From assembly GCA_002450835.1 (NCBI GenBank), contig DKAM01000019.1, positions 5,991-69,990 of the forward strand: a stretch of DNA of 64,000 nucleotides, in the 5' to 3' direction. The DNA comes from Dehalococcoidia bacterium UBA6926. GTDB lineage: Bacteria > Chloroflexota > Dehalococcoidia > UBA6926. Made by a program: the position numbers and the translations under genes. Of the stretch, positions 39,487 through 48,345 are shown in pieces; positions within the stretch are counted from its first letter, which is position 1; each line of letters begins with the position of its first letter. The notes under the pieces are model-generated. The model was not told the origin of the DNA. It did not search any database and saw only the letters and a list, made by a program, of their open reading frames with translations.

Positions 39487-40950
39487 TTATATCTTAATTC
39501 TGGATAGGTTAGGGAAGTGCTCTCCACTGTGACTTCTTGATCGTCTGGCTACACCAGTTTTTAGGGCTACATCTGAGACAGCTTTTGCCACGTTAGTGGC
39601 AACTTTGTTGTTGAAGATGCTGGGTATTATATATTCGTCGCTCAAATCCCTATTCGGTACAGTGTCCGCTAAAGCTTGCGCCGCTGCAATCTTCATTTCC
39701 TCGTTTATTGTTGTTGCCCTGACATCTAAAACGCCCCTAAATAAACCTGGGAAACATAAAGCATTGTTAATTTGATTAGGATAATCAGAGCGACCAGTCG
39801 CAACGATCCTGACATATTTATGTGCTTCTTCTGGCGATACTTCAGGGTCGGGATTCGCCAAGGCAAACACTATGGCATCTTGATTCATTTTCTCTAAATC
39901 TTCAGACTCTATAACCCCCGGTCCTGATAATCCTAGGAATAGATCAGCGCCATCTAAAGCGTCTCTAGGTGATCCAACGATGTTGCCAGGATTGGTGTTC
40001 TCCGCGGCCCACAACTTGGCTTCATTATTCTGAAGATCGTCTCGATCTTTGTGTATTGCCCCTTTTCTATCGAAAATCGTTATATCTTTAAGTCCTGCTG
40101 ACATTAGCATTTTTGCTGTTGCCACTCCACTGGCCCCTGCTCCAGTCTGGATAGCTTTAATAGAACCGATATCTCTATCAGTTACTTTAAGCGCGTTTAT
40201 TAGAGCAGCTAATACAACTACGGCCGTTCCATGTTGGTCATCGTGAAATATTGGTATGTCTAGCTCTTCTTTTAATCTATCTTCTATATAGAAACATCTC
40301 GGCGCAGAAATATCTTCCAAATTAATTCCACCGAAACCAGGCGCCAAATGTTTAACCGTGTCGACTATCTCATCAGGGTCTTTTGTATCAAGGCAAATGG
40401 GCCATGCATCTACTTGGCCCAACTCTTTAAATAGAATTGCTTTACCTTCCATAACTGGCATAGCAGCTTCAGGTCCTATGTCGCCCAAACCCAGAACTGC
40501 AGTACCATCTGATACTACCGCCACTGTATTTGCTTTTGAAGTTAGAGACCAGACAGACTCTTTGTTTTTGGCAATGTAGGACGAAACTCTACCGACCCCA
40601 GGAGTATATACTTGCGCGAGATCCCTATGATTTTTTACTGGGGTTCTACTTCTGAGGGCTATCTTCCCCCCTAGATGGACCGCGAAATTCGGGTCCGATA
40701 CTGCTACGACACGCACTCCCTTTAGTTTTCGAAGTCGCTTGGTCAAAACGATCGCATGTTCTTCATTAAAGGCGTTTAAGGTGATATCTCTGGTAATTCT
40801 GCCTTTATGGGTTCGCACTAACTCAACTGATGTTATATCTCCGTCTGCATCCGCGATGTTAGTCGTAATATTTGCGAGTTTTCGCCTTCCATTATCATAA
40901 GAAAGCCTAATAGAAACGGTGTATCCTGCTCCTGGATATTCCGACGCCAT
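39487..40950 (-). CDS. NAD(P)-dependent malic enzyme with N-terminal ACT-like domain
   Basis: QVYTPGVGRVSS, FELVAVSDG-type and GAGASGVATAKML motifs. ~80-aa N-terminal ACT-like segment. GGGGGG Shine-Dalgarno sequence 7 nt before the ATG. Confidence 0.85.
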   Translation of the reverse strand: MASEYPGAGYTVSIRLSYDNGRRKLANITTNIADADGDITSVELVRTHKGRITRDITLNAFNEEHAIVLTKRLRKLKGVRVVAVSDPNFAVHLGGKIALRSRTPVKNHRDLAQVYTPGVGRVSSYIAKNKESVWSLTSKANTVAVVSDGTAVLGLGDIGPEAAMPVMEGKAILFKELGQVDAWPICLDTKDPDEIVDTVKHLAPGFGGINLEDISAPRCFYIEDRLKEELDIPIFHDDQHGTAVVVLAALINALKVTDRDIGSIKAIQTGAGASGVATAKMLMSAGLKDITIFDRKGAIHKDRDDLQNNEAKLWAAENTNPGNIVGSPRDALDGADLFLGLSGPGVIESEDLEKMNQDAIVFALANPDPEVSPEEAHKYVRIVATGRSDYPNQINNALCFPGLFRGVLDVRATTINEEMKIAAAQALADTVPNRDLSDEYIIPSIFNNKVATNVAKAVSDVALKTGVARRSRSHSGEHFPNLSRIKI

Positions 40951-41070
40951 AGTTAATCCCCCCTTTTTATAAGAATTTAGTATACGCTCTCAAGCGTGTT
41001 CGAAATAGGGGTCTAGCCTCCAATTTGGTAAAAAAACGCGGAAAAGTTCGATTATAATTGTGATAAAGGA

Positions 41071-42252
41071 TCAAAATTCCAATATCTCTAAGTTATCAAT
41101 TGTTTTATTTACTAAATCTTTAGAGTCGATACCCGTTTCGTATAACTCTGCTTTTCGAGGGGTCGATTTTGTAGCGGGATTTGCTGGCACGAATAAGGAA
41201 CAGCAGTCCTCATCTGGCTGGATTGAAACATCATAAGTACCAATAAGTTTTGCTTGATCAATTATTTCTGATTTATTGGTGGCGATTAGCGGTCTAAAAA
41301 TTGGCATATTTGTTACAGAACCTATGGTAGCTATATTCTCAATTGTTTGGCTTGCGACCTGTCCCACGCTCTCGCCCGTAACGAGTGCAGATGCTCCATC
41401 GATCTTGGCTATCGCTTCTGCAACTCTGACCATGAATCTCCTGTAGGCTATTACCCTATAAGATGCCTGTACCTTAGCTATTATTTCCATTTGGATATCA
41501 ACGAAAGGGACCAAATAGAGTAGTGATTTTTTCTGATTAACACTTAGGGATTTTGCTAATTTTATGGCCTTTTCCCTAGAAGATGCGTCGACCATCGGAA
41601 AACTATGGAAATGGATGAATGAATTTGAGCATCCTCGTTTAAACATGTTGAACGCTGCCACCGGCGAATCAATACCTCCTGACAATAGAGTTGCAACGTG
41701 AGCAGAGACACCAACGGGAAGTCCACCGGGCCCTTTGTAATCTTTTAGCGAGACATATGCGGTTTTTTCCCTTATGTCGACGGTAATAGTTAAATCCGGG
41801 GAAGATAAATCTACTTTGCCTCCTGTCAGTTTCTCTACATAAGCTCCAATTCGTTCATTTAATTCCATGGAAGTGAGGGGATAGCTTTTATTGCTACGGT
41901 TACTGTTTAACTTAAACGTATTGAACGGAAGAGTATTTTCTTCAAGAACCTTTTTTACGGTTTTGATAAGCGAATCGATTTCAATCTCACTTGTTTCGAC
42001 TAACTTGAACTTAGCTATGCCAAATATGGTCGACAATTTTTCAATAATTTCAGTGTTCGGAACGGTATCAGAGTATTTAATCCTTATGCCGGAGTCGTCC
42101 CGGGACACCTTAGCTTTTAACCCATAAAGTTTCCGGTTGATATTTTCCACCAATGTATTAATAAACCAGGATCTATTATGGCCTTTGAGAGCTATCTCGT
42201 GGTAACGGACAATAGCGGTTTTCAAATTAATATCCAGCCTTGTTGTACTCAA
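41071..42252 (-). CDS. thiI: tRNA 4-thiouridine(8) synthase ThiI (no rhodanese domain)
   Basis: THUMP region plus LLSGGIDSPVAAF PP-loop motif. Confidence 0.85.
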   Translation of the reverse strand: MSTTRLDINLKTAIVRYHEIALKGHNRSWFINTLVENINRKLYGLKAKVSRDDSGIRIKYSDTVPNTEIIEKLSTIFGIAKFKLVETSEIEIDSLIKTVKKVLEENTLPFNTFKLNSNRSNKSYPLTSMELNERIGAYVEKLTGGKVDLSSPDLTITVDIREKTAYVSLKDYKGPGGLPVGVSAHVATLLSGGIDSPVAAFNMFKRGCSNSFIHFHSFPMVDASSREKAIKLAKSLSVNQKKSLLYLVPFVDIQMEIIAKVQASYRVIAYRRFMVRVAEAIAKIDGASALVTGESVGQVASQTIENIATIGSVTNMPIFRPLIATNKSEIIDQAKLIGTYDVSIQPDEDCCSLFVPANPATKSTPRKAELYETGIDSKDLVNKTIDNLEILEF

Positions 42253-42353
42253 ACTAAATTATTGCATTTTATAGAATTCTCCTATAACCAGACAGAAATC
42301 ACAAACCTATCCTTGACAGATGTGACTATTAAAGCGTAGCCTCGGCGTTGATT

Positions 42354-42377
42354 GGTTAACGAATACAGTTAACGAAT
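42354..42377 (+). promoter_or_regulatory. Direct repeat GTTAACGAATA x2 (each containing the palindrome GTTAAC) upstream of the YHS-like mini-gene
   Basis: Seen directly: gttaacgaata-ca-gttaacgaata at 42354-42377. It lies 10-20 nt upstream of the Shine-Dalgarno sequence of the 42398 ORF. Plausible operator. Confidence 0.4.
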
Positions 42378-42397
42378 ATTGGATATGGGAGGATAAA

Positions 42398-42583
42398 ATG
42401 AGCGAAAAAGATCCAGTCACGGGTTATGACTTTACGGATGACGAAGTTACACAGATAGATGAAGGTAATGCTCGGGTCGGTACAAAGTATCGTCATGAGG
42501 GTAAATGGTTTTATTTTCGTAGTTTGTCAGAGCGTCAAAAATTTATTGGTAATCCTGATGCTTACATAGGTGGAGAAGGATAA
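42398..42583 (+). CDS. Small YHS-domain-like protein lacking the metal-binding cysteines
   Basis: DPVTGYDF..GTKYRHEGKWFYFRSLSERQKFIGNPDAYI parallels the YHS pattern DPVCGM...Y.GKTYYFCS..C...F..NP..Y but with Cys replaced by T/R/S. GGGAGG Shine-Dalgarno sequence 5 nt upstream. Confidence 0.45.
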   Translation: MSEKDPVTGYDFTDDEVTQIDEGNARVGTKYRHEGKWFYFRSLSERQKFIGNPDAYIGGEG

Positions 42584-42673
42584 CTAATAACAGCTATCAC
42601 TTGGAAGCAAATTATTGGATACAGAGCCTTGGCGTACAACCTGTATCTGACCGATTAAGTGGGTTAGGCGCAT

Positions 42674-43843
42674 ATGATTCATAAGTCTCGCAAGAGGTCT
42701 CGATCGGTTGATGTCAAACCTCGAAAAGAGAGAACTTTACTTTTTGGGGTAGACATAAAGTCGCGTTTCCCTGGCGTATGGAGGACAAAAGAATCACTTA
42801 AAGAATTGAAGGCATTAGTAAATAGTGCAGGGGCCACGGTCGTCGAAGTTCAGAGCCAACGGGTTGGTAAGAGGAAGCCTACTTACATGGGCATAGGTAA
42901 AATAGAGGAATTAAAATATCTCGTAAATGACAAAAAAATAGACACAATTGTTTTAGATGATGAACTTTCTCCCGCTCAACAGAGGAATCTAGAGAATCTA
43001 CTTGAGATTAAAGTGGTGGATAGAACCGCCCTTATCTTGGATATTTTTGCACAGCGCGCACAGACCAGGGAAGGTCGATTGCAGGTCGAACTTGCTCAGT
43101 TGGATTATTTATTGCCAAGACTTGTAGGACAGTGGAGTCACCTAGAGAGGCTTGGTGGTGGTATAGGTACCAGGGGACCAGGTGAAAGCCAACTGGAAAC
43201 GGATAGGCGGCTATTACGGAAACGTGTTGATAAGATCCGACAAGAACTAGAGAACGTTCGTCGCAGACGTGGCCAAGCTAGGCAAAATAGATTTGAACAA
43301 GGTATTCCTGTTGTTTCGCTAGTCGGCTATACGAATTCAGGGAAAAGTACTCTCATGAATGCTTTGACTAGAGCCCACGTGGTAGCTGAAGATAAGCTAT
43401 TCGCGACCCTGGATCCTGTGACACGGAAAATGCCACTTATAAGCGGTAGAATGTCCCTTATATCTGATACGGTGGGTTTCATCAATAAGCTACCAACTTC
43501 GCTGGTTGCAGCGTTTCGAGCAACTCTAGAGGAGCTTCGTGATGCTGATATACTTCTTCACGTTATAGATATCAGCAATACAAATGCTCTTGCGCAATAT
43601 GAATCTGTTGTTGAGCTACTGAAGGATCTAGATTTAATGAATACCCCAACTATTCACGTTCTGAATAAAGTCGATGTTATGGTGCCATCTGAAGTAAGTA
43701 GCTACGAGGTAAAAATAACTGAAGCCGCTAGTACGTACTACGAATCGCCCGAATCGGTATCAATATCTGCTGTGTCCCGGTTTAACTTGGAAGAACTCTT
43801 GCAGCTAATTGATATTAAGGTTACCGACAAATCTTTAATTTAA
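42674..43843 (+). CDS. hflX: GTPase HflX
   Basis: HflX N-domain followed by G domain with GYTNSGKSTL (G1), DTVGF (G3), NKVD (G4). Confidence 0.85.
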   Translation: MIHKSRKRSRSVDVKPRKERTLLFGVDIKSRFPGVWRTKESLKELKALVNSAGATVVEVQSQRVGKRKPTYMGIGKIEELKYLVNDKKIDTIVLDDELSPAQQRNLENLLEIKVVDRTALILDIFAQRAQTREGRLQVELAQLDYLLPRLVGQWSHLERLGGGIGTRGPGESQLETDRRLLRKRVDKIRQELENVRRRRGQARQNRFEQGIPVVSLVGYTNSGKSTLMNALTRAHVVAEDKLFATLDPVTRKMPLISGRMSLISDTVGFINKLPTSLVAAFRATLEELRDADILLHVIDISNTNALAQYESVVELLKDLDLMNTPTIHVLNKVDVMVPSEVSSYEVKITEAASTYYESPESVSISAVSRFNLEELLQLIDIKVTDKSLI

Positions 43844-43861
43844 AGACCTTGGTTTTCTGGG

Positions 43862-44599
43862 TTACTCTAAACCTTTATGTACCGCATCTATATGCTCTTC
43901 TGGTATCGAACCTAAATGTGACATTTGAACTGATTCCGCCGTTCCTTTTATCTGATTGTGTACATCAGAGACAGCTTGATTCGGGATAACTACGATTCCA
44001 GTGGAATCAGCTACTATCAAATCACCCGGGTTTATTGTTACACCATGCAATTCAATGGGTACCATAATAGCTTTCGTAATTAGCTGGATTGTTGGTAGCG
44101 GCGTATGGCCCGGGACCCATACCGGATATCCGTGTTTCAGTATCACATTCCTGTCCCTGCAAGGCCATTTTGATACCGTTCCAGCAAGTTGTAACTCCGA
44201 AGCTATACCAGTTGTCGTTCCACCCCAAGATCCTGTGTGTTCATATCCTTCACCACTAATAGCAACAAAGTCGCCTGGCTCTGATATTAAGAATATGTCG
44301 GTGAATTCGTACGGCCAGAGATCTGAATGCCCAGGAGCATTCAATATTGTCAAAGCAGGTCCTATAGCAACCTTTCTGTCTACCACAGGTCGCAATATTG
44401 TTGCCGGGATACCAAAGTTATCGAAACCTAAGTGGTTAAGAGCGTCAGCACAATCTGCTGCCGGACTCTCTAAAGATCTAATGTCGCGTATGACCTCCCT
44501 CGGAGGACGGTTGATAATCATAGTACCTATTTTATCCTCGGTCATATTTGTAAAACGATCTTTCATCGCGTCGTAAACTTTTTTGGATTGCTCATCCAT
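43862..44599 (-). CDS. RraA family protein (RNase E inhibitor / 4-hydroxy-4-methyl-2-oxoglutarate aldolase-like)
   Basis: GDLIVADSTGIVVIP and swivelling beta/beta/alpha-fold pattern. Confidence 0.7.
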   Translation of the reverse strand: MDEQSKKVYDAMKDRFTNMTEDKIGTMIINRPPREVIRDIRSLESPAADCADALNHLGFDNFGIPATILRPVVDRKVAIGPALTILNAPGHSDLWPYEFTDIFLISEPGDFVAISGEGYEHTGSWGGTTTGIASELQLAGTVSKWPCRDRNVILKHGYPVWVPGHTPLPTIQLITKAIMVPIELHGVTINPGDLIVADSTGIVVIPNQAVSDVHNQIKGTAESVQMSHLGSIPEEHIDAVHKGLE

Positions 44600-44814
44600 A
44601 TGCCTCTCCTTATAAATTGAAGTAACTTTGGCATTTCACCAGAAAATATCTTATCGTAAATAGATGTTTGAGTGAAGGATTTGGGCATAAAGAGAGTAGG
44701 CGGGGTTGCATTCAGCACTTCGCACAATAGATATTATGTAAAGCTACATATATAAGACACGAGATATAGTAACATTTAATACTGGAAACTCAATATGGAG
44801 ATTGCGGCGGAGAA

Positions 44815-46101
44815 ATGAATAGTTTATATAGATTGATTAAGACAAAAATAAGATATATGGCTGTTCCTTTTTTGTTGTTTATACTGCTCGTTAACTCCAT
44901 TATTTTTTTTGGTGTTTGTGGTTCTGTTGAGATAATCAGATATACGGGTGCCTCAGCAGAAGGACGCCAGGAATTCACCTATGTTCACGTTGATGATGAC
45001 TCCGATAGGATATCCATCAATCGTTTTCTTGAAGTAAAAAAAGCTCTAGATGAGCAATATGTTTATGCCGATAGACTGAAAGATGATCAATTGGAAAACC
45101 AAGCTATTATTGGCTTGGTGTCGAGCCTGAATGATCGCTACACTCGCTATTTGGAATCTGGTTATGATGACCAGATATCTAGACTTGACGGTACGCTCGT
45201 AGGAATCGGGATTAGTGTATTAATGGCCCGAAATAATGTAACTGTTATTACACAGGTGTTTCCTGACGGCCCAGCTGACCGTGCAGGGTTACAAAAAGGC
45301 GATGTTATTGTTTCAGTTGATGGAATCGATGTAACGCAGTTGCTGTTATCAGAGATAGCTAATTTGATAAGAGGGGTGCCAGAATCGACCGTAAATATTG
45401 AGGTAAACCGGCCTAGTTTAAATGCTCGTTTTAGCTACGAAATTATTAGAGAACTTGTTGAAATGCCAAGCGTGTATGTAGAGGAGCCCGACCCTGGTGT
45501 CTATTTGATATCAATCCCACGATTCACCGACAGGACCTATCATGAATTGACCCAAATTCTTGCCCCTATTGTCGATAAGCATACTTCAGATTCTCCATCC
45601 GCTTTAATATTGGATTTACGTAATAATTCGGGTGGGTATGTCGATACAGCTATTGAAGTCGCCAGCGTGTTTATTGGACCATCCGTCGTGTTCTATCAAG
45701 AAGATAAAACTCAAAATCGCGAACCGGTGACGGCAGAAAAAGATTCGATAATACCTATTAGCATGAATATGGTAGTTTTAGTGAATTCGAGGACTGCCTC
45801 TGCTGGAGAGATAGTAGCAGGTGCTCTTCAAGATAGTGGTAGATATCCCTTAATTGGATCTAGTACTTATGGAAAGGGTGCTATAACTACGTTGAAACCG
45901 ATAGCGAGTGGTAGCGCTTTATATTTGACCTCAGCGCTATGGTATACTCCCAAATCACGATCAGTGGAAGAAACTGGATTGACTCCAGATATAGATATTG
46001 GAGATAAGCTAGAACCTGGAAAGGTACCTATTGCAACAGATATCCTAAAAATATCTATCGACTACCTCGATTCCATGGATAAGCCCGTAATCAATAAATA
46101 G
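44815..46101 (+). CDS. S41 family C-terminal processing peptidase with PDZ domain
   Basis: N-terminal TM, PDZ (GDVIVSVDG), catalytic Ser region VNSRTASAGEIVAGALQD. Confidence 0.8.
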   Translation: MNSLYRLIKTKIRYMAVPFLLFILLVNSIIFFGVCGSVEIIRYTGASAEGRQEFTYVHVDDDSDRISINRFLEVKKALDEQYVYADRLKDDQLENQAIIGLVSSLNDRYTRYLESGYDDQISRLDGTLVGIGISVLMARNNVTVITQVFPDGPADRAGLQKGDVIVSVDGIDVTQLLLSEIANLIRGVPESTVNIEVNRPSLNARFSYEIIRELVEMPSVYVEEPDPGVYLISIPRFTDRTYHELTQILAPIVDKHTSDSPSALILDLRNNSGGYVDTAIEVASVFIGPSVVFYQEDKTQNREPVTAEKDSIIPISMNMVVLVNSRTASAGEIVAGALQDSGRYPLIGSSTYGKGAITTLKPIASGSALYLTSALWYTPKSRSVEETGLTPDIDIGDKLEPGKVPIATDILKISIDYLDSMDKPVINK

Positions 46102-46170
46102 CAGCTAAACCCTATAAATTCTGCTCATCGATTGTATAATTTATATTGAGAAAGGGAATATAGTTTAACT

Positions 46171-46500
46171 ATGACTTTAAAACGGTTGTTGATCTTATTG
46201 GTTTTTATTGGGTTTGTTTTATTTAATCCTATTCACTTGGGTTGGACACTACCTTATGTAGCACAATTAGATAATCCTTTAGGTGAATATGTGAAAGGAA
46301 ACGAGCAGAGAGTTCTTATTTTCAGTACGGTCTATTTCACGGGGGTTATGATGCCAATATATTACTGGATTTGGACTAGGCGCCGAAAAACATCAACAAA
46401 AAAAGATGATAAGAATACTGTTCCTGAGGCTTATCGCGGTCCAGGAGGTGGAAAAAAGCGACCAAGGAAAAAGAGTAAATCTAGGATTCGAAATCGATAG
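46171..46500 (+). CDS. Hypothetical small membrane protein with Lys/Arg-rich C-terminus
   Basis: Two predicted TM helices then GGGKKRPRKKSKSRIRNR. No recognisable family. Confidence 0.35.
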   Translation: MTLKRLLILLVFIGFVLFNPIHLGWTLPYVAQLDNPLGEYVKGNEQRVLIFSTVYFTGVMMPIYYWIWTRRRKTSTKKDDKNTVPEAYRGPGGGKKRPRKKSKSRIRNR

Positions 46501-46529
46501 AATAAAGGTGGTTTGGAGAAAATCTGATT

Positions 46530-47042
46530 ATGGCCTCGATGTTTAACTCCGTACCTGTACTCACTCTACAGGCAAGAATTATTGGTTTATACAGTAGAGA
46601 AGGTTATGAAATAGGTGAAGATGTCTCATCTATAGATGCTAGTAATAGCATCATAATTACTGATAGGAATAGAAACCTTTTCATGCTTATATTTTTTTGG
46701 TCTAAGGATGGGGCTTTTGGTCTACAAGAAATTAACGGACTTCGTAATAACATGGATTTGCTGAAGATGAAAAACTCCTATTTATATACTGATTACGTAA
46801 TTGACGAACAGTTAAAGAGTTCAGCCGAAGAGATGGGCATAAGTATTGTGGATTATCCGGATATGGAAGCGAGGGGTATTACTAGAGTTCAGCAAATGTA
46901 CGCCCCGCCGGTTAATGACGATAAGCCGCTGCCGTTTGAGCGTTATATACCATGGTTTGTAGGTATATCTTTGTTCATTATTATATTTGCTGTGGTGGTT
47001 CTTGTTTCAGTAGGAATTTCTTTTGTTCCGGTAACCAACTGA
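46530..47042 (+). CDS. Hypothetical protein with C-terminal TM anchor
   Basis: ORF with coding-like composition and a terminal hydrophobic helix. No recognisable motifs. Confidence 0.35.
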   Translation: MASMFNSVPVLTLQARIIGLYSREGYEIGEDVSSIDASNSIIITDRNRNLFMLIFFWSKDGAFGLQEINGLRNNMDLLKMKNSYLYTDYVIDEQLKSSAEEMGISIVDYPDMEARGITRVQQMYAPPVNDDKPLPFERYIPWFVGISLFIIIFAVVVLVSVGISFVPVTN

Positions 47043-47043
47043 T

Positions 47044-47490
47044 CTACGTATTTTGGGTATCTATCCAAACGGTTACAGGTCCATTGTTTACGGAAGTCAC
47101 CTGCATATCCTCCCCAAAAACGCCGGTTTTAACATCTATTCCTAATGACGTTAGTTCTTCTGACAATTGGTCAAACAATTGTTTAGCTATTTTTTTGTCT
47201 GCCGCTTTGGAGAAGGAGAGTTTTGATCCCTTTGATGTCCGAGCTAATAAGGTGAACTCGCTGATCAATAAAAGGGGTTGCCTTAATTCGAGTATAGAAT
47301 GACTGAATTCTTGTTTGCTAGTTGGCATTAGCTTAAGATTGGCAACTTTCTTTGCACTGTACGCTATGTCTGAAGCCGTATCATTACGATCAATACCCAC
47401 TAAAACCAGGAGACCGGTCGCGATTTCATTAATTAATCTGTTTTTTACCCTTACATTTGCTTCTGTAACCCTTTGAATAACCAGTCGCAT
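47044..47490 (-). CDS. dtd: D-aminoacyl-tRNA deacylase
   Basis: MRLVIQRV N-terminus, SEFTLLARTSKG and NNGPVTVWIDT motifs. Confidence 0.85.
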   Translation of the reverse strand: MRLVIQRVTEANVRVKNRLINEIATGLLVLVGIDRNDTASDIAYSAKKVANLKLMPTSKQEFSHSILELRQPLLLISEFTLLARTSKGSKLSFSKAADKKIAKQLFDQLSEELTSLGIDVKTGVFGEDMQVTSVNNGPVTVWIDTQNT

Positions 47491-47510
47491 TTATTGAATC
47501 ATTTCTAACG

Positions 47511-47801
47511 CTAGAACTCGTGAGGGTGTTTATGGCCGCCTTCGGATTTCCCGGTATCTGAAGAGGGTTCATCCTGAGTATTTTCAACTATTGGTTCTTC
47601 ACCCGGGCTTGATGAGGCGGATTTACCACCATAATCATTCACATAGAACCCACTGCCCTTAAATACAATGGCTGGGGTACTGAATCTTCTATCTGCTGCG
47701 TCGCCGCACTCTGGGCACGATGCTTCATGCTTATCATTAAATGACTGTCTAACCGTGAATCTGTGATCACACTTGGTACATTGGTAATCGTAAAATGGCA
47801 T
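47511..47801 (-). CDS. FmdB family zinc-ribbon protein (paralog 1)
   Basis: MPFYDYQCTKCDHRFTV...CPECG: classic FmdB C-x2-C...C-x2-C zinc ribbon. Gly/acidic C-terminal tail. Confidence 0.65.
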   Translation of the reverse strand: MPFYDYQCTKCDHRFTVRQSFNDKHEASCPECGDAADRRFSTPAIVFKGSGFYVNDYGGKSASSSPGEEPIVENTQDEPSSDTGKSEGGHKHPHEF

Positions 47802-47832
47802 AATCTGGTCTCAGCTTTTTATTAAATTATTG

Positions 47833-48120
47833 TTATTGTTCAGTGACAGTTGGGTCAGTTCCCATATCTGCTACATTTTGTTCTTGAGGTATTCCTCGAT
47901 CTTCTTCACTAGCTTTATCGTACCAGTAACTCCCAAAGCCTTTGCGGGTTTTCTCGGTAGTGTAAAAGCCATCTGCTTTGTAAACTATTTGTGGTGCATG
48001 TATTACACGAGTGCTATCTGCACCACATTTGGTACATTCAGAGATTGTATTGGCGTCAAAACCTTGTCTAAGTGTGAATCTGTTTTCACATTTAGAACAC
48101 TTGTAATCGTATATTGGCAA
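47833..48120 (-). CDS. FmdB family zinc-ribbon protein (paralog 2)
   Basis: MPIYDYKCSKCENRFTL...CTKCG. Tandem with paralog 1. Confidence 0.65.
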   Translation of the reverse strand: MPIYDYKCSKCENRFTLRQGFDANTISECTKCGADSTRVIHAPQIVYKADGFYTTEKTRKGFGSYWYDKASEEDRGIPQEQNVADMGTDPTVTEQ

Positions 48121-48289
48121 GTTTTTCTCCTTGGTCCAATAATTAATCTTTGTTTTAATACTCTGGTCACACTGGTGAATAGTTTAGATATGCAAATCCA
48201 CTCGGTCAAGATCGAAAGGGATTTTACTTACATAAGTCGATAGAACATTCCATGTAAATAGAGAAATCGGTGGCTGATGAAATTCTCCG

Positions 48290-48298
48290 TGCTATAAT
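48290..48298 (+). promoter_or_regulatory. Candidate extended -10 promoter (TGcTATAAT) for rpsB-tsf-pyrH-frr run
   Basis: Exact TGnTATAAT motif ~48 nt upstream of rpsB ATG 48346. No good -35, consistent with an extended -10 promoter. Confidence 0.4.
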
Positions 48299-48345
48299 GA
48301 TCGGAAATTAATTATAAGAATGATTGAGGAAGGCGTAACTTTTAT

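Noticed and set aside
40951-41070. Intrinsic terminator between thiI and the malic enzyme gene (ACGCT-ctca-AGCGT stem; CCGCG followed by T7 on the minus strand)
   Set aside because: Stems are only 4-5 bp with no convincing GC-rich hairpin directly abutting the T-run. Too weak to call.
42354-42377. Possible CRISPR/mini-array because of an exact direct repeat
   Set aside because: There are only two copies of an 11-bp unit with a 2-nt spacer. No further repeats and no cas genes. Interpreted as an operator-like repeat instead.
44001-44576. 191-aa ORF antisense to the RraA-family gene
   Set aside because: It overlaps a CDS with clear family motifs on the opposite strand and has no Shine-Dalgarno sequence or recognisable domain. 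Typical long shadow ORF.
44600-44814. tRNA or small RNA in the 215-nt gap between the RraA-family gene and the S41 peptidase gene (also checked the 225-nt gap 48121-48345)
   Set aside because: No cloverleaf-compatible segments (no GTTC-type T-arm / acceptor-stem complementarity) and no terminator-flanked structured element seen. The gaps are probably promoter/leader regions.
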